From positions 1-64,000 of IMG/VR virus record IMGVR_UViG_3300032116_000064: a DNA stretch of 64,000 bases, one strand, 5' to 3'. The notes beneath the pieces were generated by a model, which was given only the letters and a program-made list of their open reading frames with translations, searched no databases and was not told the origin of the DNA. Within the stretch, counting starts at the first letter, position 1, and each line of letters starts with the position of its first letter. The position numbers and the translations under genes were made by a program. This DNA is from a virus. Shown here piece by piece: positions 55,382 through 64,000 of the stretch.

Positions 55382-58300
55382 ATGAGTTGCTCAGTTTGTA
55401 ATATAAATACTAATATTATCTTACAATCAGATAGTAAAATATCTGCTAATATATCTCCATTCAATCATGGCTTTTCTTGCCGTATATCTTCATCTGCTAA
55501 AGTTTCTTCTTCTGCTTCAATATTTAGAAATCTTACTCAAGCATTAACTAGTGTTGGAAAAGTAGTGGCTCATGAGAATGTTAATTTCTCTCCAAAGGAA
55601 GACTTATATGAATCCGCTGTTGGTAAAATTCTCGGGTCAACATCTGCCACACTTGGCGTAAATAATAGATTTTTGTCCTCTAGTAATTTTCAAACTACAA
55701 AAACTGATAAATTTAGTGGAAGTAAATTATCTTTTCAAGCATCATCTAAGCTATATCCTATTGGTGACATATCATTTAAAAATAAGTTTACTGATACCAA
55801 CGTCAATATAAGCAATTCACAAGCTCAATCTACCAATATATATACAAGTATTGATGAAGGAATTTTTGCGGGTAATTACACTGATAATAATTCCAATGGA
55901 TTTTTAACATCTGATGATGCTAGAAGTTTTGTATTTCTTAATCAAGCTCTTGCGTCTGGAGATTTAGAATACAAATTTAGAGTAACATATCCACTTGCTA
56001 ATCCCAAGTTTAGCTATTTCGCTTTAAGGGCATATGCACCATTTGACAATTATTTATTGAGAAGACCTCAGAGATACAAAATATATGATATTACTCTTAA
56101 TGATCCAAGCGGCAATTTGATCATTAAGTATGATGATATATTTGTAGAAGGTGATAATAACTTTACTACATATATATCACAAGCTAATATAAATAAAGTG
56201 AATCAAACGACATGGAGTTCTGGTTATCCATACATGGATTCTGGCAGTCCACTATTTTTAGAAAATAAACCATATACATGCAACTTTAGTGTATCTGTAG
56301 ATTGTCCACAGCGTCCATTTGATGATCGATTTAATTTGGGTTACGAGCAACTATGTATCAAAGATGCCCCTAGTCCAAATCCATACAATGCATTGCTTAT
56401 TTCTGCTATTGAGATTGGAAATAGTGGAGGTGTTGGAGTTCGAAAAGACAATGCATTGAACTGCTTTGTAAAAGTTCGGGACAAGTCTGAAAGAATTAAA
56501 AAAATAATATTACCAAATACATTGTTTACGAATGAGTTTAACAATGGTATATATCCAGAGGCTAGTAGCGTATGGAGAACGCCAGATTATGAACACAGTA
56601 ATCAAGATGTATTGTCATCTAATACGCTGTTGCAAAAAATTAGACATGTAAATACGGATTATGGAGATTATATCAGTCTCAGCGGGTCATTACCAAATGT
56701 TGACAGCGGTAGATTAATTCTTAAATTTGATACGGATCGCGATGAATTAAACGTATATGCTGGCGGTGCATTTAATTTTGGTGGAAATAAAGTCTTTGAC
56801 GATGCTACAAAACAACAGTATCAATATCAAGACTACTTTGAAGTAGACTATGCTGAGTTAAAAGTTATAGCCCGCAAGCACCCTAGTAATTCTGATTATC
56901 CAATCGACATAGTTGGATATAGTGACGATAAGTTATTATATGTCACTCCAGCCATTGGTGGATTCTTACAAAATAGTGGATCTTTACCCACAATCTCAAG
57001 TAGTATTCCAGATGTATCTGGTTTTAAAAAACCTAACTTGAGTATTTCTAGCAGTAGTATATCTGATGGCAGTGAGTTTTTCTTGAATGATATATCTTCG
57101 CTGGGTGATCACTACGTACTAAATACTTCAATCTTAGTAGACAGTACATCATTTAAAGAATATATAATACCATTAGATATATATTCTGACCCAAATAAAT
57201 TAGGATACAATAAATATTCTTTAAGTCCGTATTTTGAAAATCTATATATAGATATATGTCCGATACCTAGCGGGGCTTCTATAGCTCATGTTAGTTTGAT
57301 CTTATATTACAAACCAGCCAATGCTCTACATCTTCATACTTTAGGTAGTCCATCTAACCGAAATGCTGTACAAAAAATAATAACACTACTACCAGATGGA
57401 AGCGGCACAATATCAAGCAACGAACAGCCTAGCGGATTAGTAGTTGGATTCTCATCTCCTAGTTACTTATCTACCAATTTTGCCAGAAGGTGGAGAGGTC
57501 ATACTGGAGATATATTTGTTGGAGGAGATTTTGACCGTGAAAGATTTGATTTCTCTTTTAATCATCAGCAGTCTGACGCTTTATTTTTAAATTCTTACAT
57601 AGATTTTACAAACTGCGATGGTCAAAATATATATGATCATAATAAAGTAGCGGTAGGGGCATCTATAAACGATGATTTAGATATATTAAGTAATTTTGGA
57701 TGGAGATATTCTTCTCAGCAGCTAATTGATGGTATTACAACAGATTATTCATCATTATCTTGGAACAACAGTGTATATGATAATTTTGATAGAGCTTTGC
57801 GTATTGGAAACGATTATGTAAATACCAATTTTTTGACTAGCTCAAATAATGATTTTGTATTATTCTTTCGATATACTCCCGACAAAGTATCGAGCGGTGA
57901 GCTAAACAATCATTTAATAATGTGCTGCGAAGATGGAGATTGGTCTATTGCAATAGTTGTAGAGAATGAAAACTTAACACTAAAAGTAAAAAATACCAAC
58001 TCCACAATATCTACAATAGTTGATACAATCAAAATTTCACAATATTCTTTCCCGCTCCCAATATTGATAACTTATAACAGTGCCACTAAAAAATTCAAAT
58101 TATACACCGACAATCAATTGATAAAACCATTTGATCGATTTAGAGGTGAAGTAACTATTAATTCATATAGTAGCAGTACAAACAATTTCTTTGGATATTC
58201 TAATTATTTTACATCACTTGGATCTATACCAATGTTTTTGCATGAAATTGGTTATTCAAGTGGTTGTCATATAGTAGATTCTAATCCTAATAGATTTTTA

Positions 58301-59887
58301 AATCAAATTACTGCAAATGATTTCTTTGATTCTTATAGTGTATTAGCATCTAATATAGATGATGATATATCTAGATGGAAGCTTGGTGCGTTTAAGATAT
58401 GTAGTTTTTCATCAGATTTTGATTCCTACACAAAGCGAGAAGGAAAAGATTATATTACGTTTAGTCTAGACCATCCGGGTTCTGGATATTCTCAGTTAAC
58501 AAATAAAACCTTACCATCCAACATACATTTATCTGGTGTATCTTATCATACTCAGATAGAAAATGATTTTTTGAGATTCGACATATCTGATATTCCATCT
58601 GAAGATCAATCAAGATTTTACGGGTTAGCTCCGCGTATATCTAAAAATTTACCAAAGGGTTATGACTTTAGAGAAGACTCTCTTTGTGTTGATACTGTAT
58701 TAGAGCATCATACTAATAATGATATTATTTGGCCAAATGGAAAAGTTGGTCCTAAATTTATTGTAAGTATTTATGCGCCAACTCAAGAATCACAAGAACG
58801 TCCAAGTAAATCTCTTGGATTGGTAAACAGATCTATTCATTATCTTGAACCATCTGGGTGTATAAGAAAAATTACTAGTAAATTAACATTCAATGATATT
58901 TTAGATAAATCTGAACCTTGGGCTACATTTGATAGTGAATCATATTTTAATGAATTCAGAGATAAGTATCTCTTAAATGATGTCAATCAGATGTTCTTAC
59001 AATATGATCTTGTTTACCCATCTGGTTCGCCTTATAAATCTAAAGTCAAAATTCATAATACTAATATTAGAGCAAACAATGCAATTTATCTTGATGGCCA
59101 CACTAGTGGAACTTTGTTCTTATATACAAGTGGATATTATTATCAATTTAATACTTTAAATCTATTCACACCAGAAAATGGCCCACCTGTTAGTGGGTTT
59201 CCGCCACTCAATTTATTTGTTACTGGCCATGGACCAACCGGCATACATAATAGTGGTTTGAACTTATTCGTTGACAATAGTAGCAGTGGATATTTTACGC
59301 CGCCAGAGATATTGAGTCTATATACTATTGGCAATGGTTCTATTGACAGTAGTGAACAAGTTTTTACTGGCATGTTTGGATCTCTACCATTTAGGGGTCT
59401 AGGTCTTAATGTCAGTGGGCAACTTATGAATGAAACTGTTATGCCACTCTATGTGTCTGGCATGGCATTTAATTCAAATGACTATTTAAATCTTTGTAAT
59501 TTAGGACCGGAAGGTTATCAACCAGCTGATAATATACTAAATTTACGTGTACGCGGAATAAATAGATCAATTAATGCATACCCATCTTCGGTTATGTCAT
59601 TGCATATTTATAATGATCAACAATTTATTGGGAATACATCTAACTCATTTAATTTATTCTTATCTAGTTTCGATCCGGTTAAAACTAACATTTCTGGAAA
59701 TTTGCCGCTGGTGACATTAAATTATCCTATCTCCGACAATTTAGCCTCTAAAAGTGCTACAATAAAATGGGATAGTGATAACATTGGTCAGGGTATAACA
59801 TCTGTAGATAATGTCTATGCATATGTCGATGCTGATGATAATATAAGAGGAGTTAATTTAGCATGTTACGGAGACTGTAAAAAATGA
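55382..59887 (+). CDS. large tail/baseplate-region protein
   Basis: 1501 aa directly after TMP; LamG-like central segment; C-terminal L.L(F/Y)..G repeats. Confidence 0.65.
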   Translation: MSCSVCNINTNIILQSDSKISANISPFNHGFSCRISSSAKVSSSASIFRNLTQALTSVGKVVAHENVNFSPKEDLYESAVGKILGSTSATLGVNNRFLSSSNFQTTKTDKFSGSKLSFQASSKLYPIGDISFKNKFTDTNVNISNSQAQSTNIYTSIDEGIFAGNYTDNNSNGFLTSDDARSFVFLNQALASGDLEYKFRVTYPLANPKFSYFALRAYAPFDNYLLRRPQRYKIYDITLNDPSGNLIIKYDDIFVEGDNNFTTYISQANINKVNQTTWSSGYPYMDSGSPLFLENKPYTCNFSVSVDCPQRPFDDRFNLGYEQLCIKDAPSPNPYNALLISAIEIGNSGGVGVRKDNALNCFVKVRDKSERIKKIILPNTLFTNEFNNGIYPEASSVWRTPDYEHSNQDVLSSNTLLQKIRHVNTDYGDYISLSGSLPNVDSGRLILKFDTDRDELNVYAGGAFNFGGNKVFDDATKQQYQYQDYFEVDYAELKVIARKHPSNSDYPIDIVGYSDDKLLYVTPAIGGFLQNSGSLPTISSSIPDVSGFKKPNLSISSSSISDGSEFFLNDISSLGDHYVLNTSILVDSTSFKEYIIPLDIYSDPNKLGYNKYSLSPYFENLYIDICPIPSGASIAHVSLILYYKPANALHLHTLGSPSNRNAVQKIITLLPDGSGTISSNEQPSGLVVGFSSPSYLSTNFARRWRGHTGDIFVGGDFDRERFDFSFNHQQSDALFLNSYIDFTNCDGQNIYDHNKVAVGASINDDLDILSNFGWRYSSQQLIDGITTDYSSLSWNNSVYDNFDRALRIGNDYVNTNFLTSSNNDFVLFFRYTPDKVSSGELNNHLIMCCEDGDWSIAIVVENENLTLKVKNTNSTISTIVDTIKISQYSFPLPILITYNSATKKFKLYTDNQLIKPFDRFRGEVTINSYSSSTNNFFGYSNYFTSLGSIPMFLHEIGYSSGCHIVDSNPNRFLNQITANDFFDSYSVLASNIDDDISRWKLGAFKICSFSSDFDSYTKREGKDYITFSLDHPGSGYSQLTNKTLPSNIHLSGVSYHTQIENDFLRFDISDIPSEDQSRFYGLAPRISKNLPKGYDFREDSLCVDTVLEHHTNNDIIWPNGKVGPKFIVSIYAPTQESQERPSKSLGLVNRSIHYLEPSGCIRKITSKLTFNDILDKSEPWATFDSESYFNEFRDKYLLNDVNQMFLQYDLVYPSGSPYKSKVKIHNTNIRANNAIYLDGHTSGTLFLYTSGYYYQFNTLNLFTPENGPPVSGFPPLNLFVTGHGPTGIHNSGLNLFVDNSSSGYFTPPEILSLYTIGNGSIDSSEQVFTGMFGSLPFRGLGLNVSGQLMNETVMPLYVSGMAFNSNDYLNLCNLGPEGYQPADNILNLRVRGINRSINAYPSSVMSLHIYNDQQFIGNTSNSFNLFLSSFDPVKTNISGNLPLVTLNYPISDNLASKSATIKWDSDNIGQGITSVDNVYAYVDADDNIRGVNLACYGDCKK

Positions 59888-62800
59888 GTTATTGCACAGA
59901 AGCCATAGTAGATATTCATGGAATTAAGTGGTATTATCCAGAGATATGTGTAGACGGTGGCGTATTTAGAGCTAAAAATACTTATACCAATCTTACATTT
60001 CCTAGTGGATCATTTAAGCATACTATAGATAGTAACTCATTGCAGTACATAGCGGCGGAAAATCAAAATATAATTACTACGGAAAATAATATTTCTTTTG
60101 TAACTGAAAGCACATATGACTCAGTTGTTTTTGATCCTATGCCATATAGTGGTCATTTTTACGGTATAAGAAAATATACTGGCTTGGCTCCCAACTTGCC
60201 CTACGTCGTTAATATAACAGGTAAATCTGGATCTTCAAACGCTATAAAGATTCCAACAGAAATTCTAGAAGTAGAGTACAATAAAAACGAAACTGACGAA
60301 ATCAGCAATGATTATAGTGGATTTAGATTAGTTGATAACGTTTTTGCCGGTGGAGAATATGGTAAATCTGTCGCGTCTAAAAATGATTTGTTAGCTATTG
60401 GATGTCCAAAGATGCCAGTTACATCTGGATCTACCACATATGAAGAAGCTGGCAAAGTATTCTTGTATAGAAGAGATGCCAGACCATCTACTGTTGATTG
60501 GCCGCTTGATAATTATAAGTCAGAATGGAGTCTTGAGACAGAATTAACTTTACCATCTGGATTGCTAGGTGATTATGCGATAGAGTCAAATATTTTTATC
60601 AATGGGTTGCCGTCTGATTTCACTGGTGTACAAACATCATGGTTTGTGGGTCAGGACGGAAGACAGTTTGGACATTCTGTAGATCTCTCTGTAAATGAAA
60701 ATATAAAATCTTTAGGAGAAGATAAACAAGAAATATTGGTAGTTGGTGGAGTTGGTGCAAGATGGACAAGAACTTTTGAAGATGATCCACCATCTAAAGT
60801 ATCTATTGGTTTGATGATTTTTACTGACGAGTTTAGTTATATTTTACCGGACCCATCACCCGGTGCGCCTTGGAAAGTAAAAACATATGAAAATATTTTG
60901 TCTAGCATAGCTAATAAAGATTTGGTATTCAACTATTTTTCTGATCCTAGAGTAGAGTTTGATGTCAAAATTATTGTTTGCGTACCAACCGCTAACTCTG
61001 ACGAATCTGATCCCGTCTTTCCAGAAAAACCGGATTTTATTACATTAAAACGTATAAGTAAAAACTTTGGATACCCATTATCAGAGTCCTCTATTAATGG
61101 AACATTGAGTGGAATTACTTCTTCATTTTTGGAAGCTTTTCCTTACAACAATAGTATAAATAGTGGGATTCCACCGATGCTAGGTATTTGTATCGATGGA
61201 AGTTTTTCAATGGGTGGTAGAGAAGCCTTAGAGCCAGCATTAGATAGATTCATTGACTTTTATCAGAAATATAGTTTTGCTAGTGGGTTAAAAGACTTTT
61301 ATGGCGTTCAATCATCTGGAATAGTATATGAATATTTGACAGAAGGCGATACTGATTGGATAGACATGTCCAAATTGATTTTAGGTGAAGTTCTAGATAC
61401 TGGACGATTAGTTGAAAGTAATCAAGTAAGATTTTTCTCTAATAATGTCGGAACATTTAACAAGTATGACAAAAATTTTAACATCCCACCAGACAGTGGT
61501 GGAAAAGTATATATTTTTGAAAAAGAAAGTGGATCATGGAATTTAATTCAAGCAATTTCTTCTCCCAATGTAACAAGAGATTACAATGATAGATTTGGAC
61601 ACGCAGTTAGTATAAGTGATGACGGCGAACTTGTAGTAATTGGTTCTCCATATATCAATCAAGCAGTCATGATGTATGAAAGGAATTACGAAGCGCGTAA
61701 TTACTTTTACAACTATCAAATTGCTGATTGGGTTGCATCTAAAAGGTCAGACAAGTATTCTAAACAGCTTGCGGCATATTACAGTAAGCCTCAATTATTA
61801 GAAGACAAAAAAGCTCTATATCTATCATTAGATCCAGAAGACAAATTTCAAGCTAGATTAGATAATAATGTAGAAGAATATCAAAATATATATACATTTG
61901 ATTATAGCAATATGCAACCGGCTGGTGGCTGGTCATTTGTCGCACAAGAACACGCACCAACTTCTAGACTAGGTTATAGTGTAGACACCAATGAAAATGG
62001 CACAGTAGTAGTAGCTGGCGCACCAACGGATAGTCTTAATTTTCATAACAATGCAGATGTTTATTATAATACAGATGGACATGCACCAAATGGAAAGACT
62101 TTACAAGCTAGATATCTAGGATCCGAAGGAATTCCCGCTGGTAGAATTCATCCATCTTGGTCAGCAAGTTTGTATACAGGGTCAGTACACGTATTTGAAT
62201 CTAGAAAATATTATCCTCATAACAAAGCTATTGAGTATGGTAAGTTTGGAAATTTACATGAGAATATTAGTTCAAACACGGCAGATTCTGGACACTTTAA
62301 TTATTTAGCTCAAATTTTTTCTGACAAAAATTATGTAAAAACTCAATTCGATGATTCTGAAATTCCGCAGGATGCTGGATTGATCTTTATAATAACGCCA
62401 GCGGTTTCCGCTCTTAGTGAAGAAATCTTGGATAAGATTAAAAATTGGTTAGCACTTGGAGACAGAAATTTAGTATTGGTTGGAAATGATCCAAGGTGGG
62501 AAGCCAATGGAATATATTCTCAATCAAACAACATCTTAAATGATTTGTTATCTAAATTACAATCTAGAATGAGAATTGTTCCAGCTAGAAATGAATATGA
62601 ATCACTTCCAAGTGGATACTCTTCATTTAACAATATTGTTCCATCTTTTACTCCACAAGGATTAACAAGTACTTATGTAACAAGATCTCCAGTTAGAGGT
62701 AGTGGTGTTGCTGACATCAAAATATATTATCCATACTTTGAAGAAATGCCCTGCAAAGAAGTTGATGATTGTTCAATTGATCAAACAAAAATACAAATAC

Positions 62801-64000
62801 AAACCAAATGTCAGATGCCATTAAAAAATTACGGAGACTTAAGGGCAGAATGGAATGCTTCTTGTTGTACAAATGGTGGATTATTAATATATGGTTATAA
62901 TTGGCCTTTAATATTTGGATCATATACTCCAGCCTGTGGGGATGTAGCCTTTGAACCAAAACCAACTAAAAATTTTGAACCGATACCAATACTAGTAGCA
63001 GCTGAAAAAGTAAAACAAGAAATTATATATCCAGCCATACCTGCGGTTTCTGGAACACGTATTGTCTACGATACAATTACAGCAGGTTCTAATAACTATT
63101 ATGAATTTGGTTCTCCTATGAGTGAAGAGCTTAACTTCGCTTTTAGTTCTGGCAGCAGGGTTGGTCATGACTATAACAGCATTTTATACAATATTAATAA
63201 CAGAACCAATACTCCTTTATTTTATATTCCAACAGACGAACTTGGCGGTGTTTTACAAGCTAAAGGTTCTCCGAAAATTGATATTACACCATATTTGTCT
63301 AGAGAAGAAATTTCAGATAAATCATATTTTGCTTTAGAATACTCTTACAAAAATCAACCAACTTCTAAAATTGATATCATACCTAGTCTTGTTATAGAGT
63401 CTCAATTAAAACAGGGATCAAATGATGAAAACATCTTATTCTATCAAAATTTAATTTCTTTTTCTAAAACTGTATTTGGACGATCATATATAGCGCAGTT
63501 GAATTGGAATGGATGGGAGTCTTTTTATGATGCATATAGCAATTCTTTGTTAAAAGATGCTTTAGGTGCAGATAATAATATTACATATAATGTTAATGTT
63601 TTAGATAGCACTTATAACGTCGCATGGTTACCAAACTTAATTTCTCAACCTTCTAACTCGCAAATTGATAATCTATCTCTTTGGTTATTATTGGGAAATA
63701 GAAGATTGATAATTACTTGCGATAATACAATATCTAGTATTATTCAAACAAAGACATTCCTAGAGAAGTTAGGTATAAATTTGGAATTATTGCAAAAGTA
63801 TAATGGAGAATATCCACTATCTGGCTTTGGTTCTTTTTCAATAAATCAAAATCATCAAATAGGTGGTCAATACTTTAGTAATGTTAAAAACAAGAAAATA
63901 AATTATTTTTCTGGTAATGGATCATTTTATCCATTCAAATTAAATGATGGTGCTGTTCCGCTAGCATATATAGATTATCCTGTTTATGATGAAATTCCAA
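59884..64000 (+). CDS. giant tail protein with FG-GAP (integrin-like beta-propeller) repeats, 3' truncated by window
   Basis: Not in ORF track; ATG 59884 (ATGA overlap), frame still open at window end; YGKSVA..DLLAIGCP...AGKVFLY, QFGHSVD, RFGHAVSISDDG..VVIGSP, RLGYSVD..ENG.VVVAGAP. Confidence 0.75.
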   Translation, partial: MSYCTEAIVDIHGIKWYYPEICVDGGVFRAKNTYTNLTFPSGSFKHTIDSNSLQYIAAENQNIITTENNISFVTESTYDSVVFDPMPYSGHFYGIRKYTGLAPNLPYVVNITGKSGSSNAIKIPTEILEVEYNKNETDEISNDYSGFRLVDNVFAGGEYGKSVASKNDLLAIGCPKMPVTSGSTTYEEAGKVFLYRRDARPSTVDWPLDNYKSEWSLETELTLPSGLLGDYAIESNIFINGLPSDFTGVQTSWFVGQDGRQFGHSVDLSVNENIKSLGEDKQEILVVGGVGARWTRTFEDDPPSKVSIGLMIFTDEFSYILPDPSPGAPWKVKTYENILSSIANKDLVFNYFSDPRVEFDVKIIVCVPTANSDESDPVFPEKPDFITLKRISKNFGYPLSESSINGTLSGITSSFLEAFPYNNSINSGIPPMLGICIDGSFSMGGREALEPALDRFIDFYQKYSFASGLKDFYGVQSSGIVYEYLTEGDTDWIDMSKLILGEVLDTGRLVESNQVRFFSNNVGTFNKYDKNFNIPPDSGGKVYIFEKESGSWNLIQAISSPNVTRDYNDRFGHAVSISDDGELVVIGSPYINQAVMMYERNYEARNYFYNYQIADWVASKRSDKYSKQLAAYYSKPQLLEDKKALYLSLDPEDKFQARLDNNVEEYQNIYTFDYSNMQPAGGWSFVAQEHAPTSRLGYSVDTNENGTVVVAGAPTDSLNFHNNADVYYNTDGHAPNGKTLQARYLGSEGIPAGRIHPSWSASLYTGSVHVFESRKYYPHNKAIEYGKFGNLHENISSNTADSGHFNYLAQIFSDKNYVKTQFDDSEIPQDAGLIFIITPAVSALSEEILDKIKNWLALGDRNLVLVGNDPRWEANGIYSQSNNILNDLLSKLQSRMRIVPARNEYESLPSGYSSFNNIVPSFTPQGLTSTYVTRSPVRGSGVADIKIYYPYFEEMPCKEVDDCSIDQTKIQIQTKCQMPLKNYGDLRAEWNASCCTNGGLLIYGYNWPLIFGSYTPACGDVAFEPKPTKNFEPIPILVAAEKVKQEIIYPAIPAVSGTRIVYDTITAGSNNYYEFGSPMSEELNFAFSSGSRVGHDYNSILYNINNRTNTPLFYIPTDELGGVLQAKGSPKIDITPYLSREEISDKSYFALEYSYKNQPTSKIDIIPSLVIESQLKQGSNDENILFYQNLISFSKTVFGRSYIAQLNWNGWESFYDAYSNSLLKDALGADNNITYNVNVLDSTYNVAWLPNLISQPSNSQIDNLSLWLLLGNRRLIITCDNTISSIIQTKTFLEKLGINLELLQKYNGEYPLSGFGSFSINQNHQIGGQYFSNVKNKKINYFSGNGSFYPFKLNDGAVPLAYIDYPVYDEIP

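Noticed and set aside
62717-63337. ORF track calls 62717-62965 (-) and 63122-63337 (+)
   Set aside because: Both lie inside the long open frame starting at 59884
4021-64000. Stop-codon reassignment (alternative genetic code)
   Set aside because: Long genes are intact under the standard code and TAA, TGA and TAG all end genes at tight junctions

Overview
The window is a segment of a large, AT-rich tailed dsDNA phage genome read in the standard genetic code. No tail sheath gene is visible, so it is probably a siphovirus. A Planctomycetota-like host is a tentative inference only. (1) 1-2900 is a minus-strand array of at least 11 tiny genes, most with their own near-consensus sigma70 promoter. 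It also holds two perfect sigma54 (-24/-12) promoters, a triple palindromic enhancer-like element, and three 29-bp 11-7-11 inverted-repeat sites shaped like tyrosine-recombinase core sites. (2) 3028-3843 encodes a GIY-YIG + HNH double-nuclease protein. (3) 4021-13003 carries a phage sigma factor, a sugar-modification cluster (glycosyltransferase-like/TylF-methyltransferase fusion, cupin, methyltransferase, gmd), HNH and ERCC4 nucleases, a ClpP-like protease and the large terminase. (4) 13043-64000 is the morphogenesis region: portal, fibre/lectin genes, protease-scaffold, capsid, mucin-like Thr/Ser- and Cys-rich proteins, neck, tail tube, chaperones, a 2345-aa tape measure with an inserted nuclease-like segment, and giant tail proteins (the last has FG-GAP repeats and runs off the window). 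A GTGTAT(A) motif recurs upstream of late genes. The most promising novel systems are: a modular, possibly recombinase-shuffled early gene array under several host sigma factors; a Ser-Gly/mucin virion glycosylation system; and a cargo-carrying tape measure protein. All product calls come from motifs read by eye; no searches were run.
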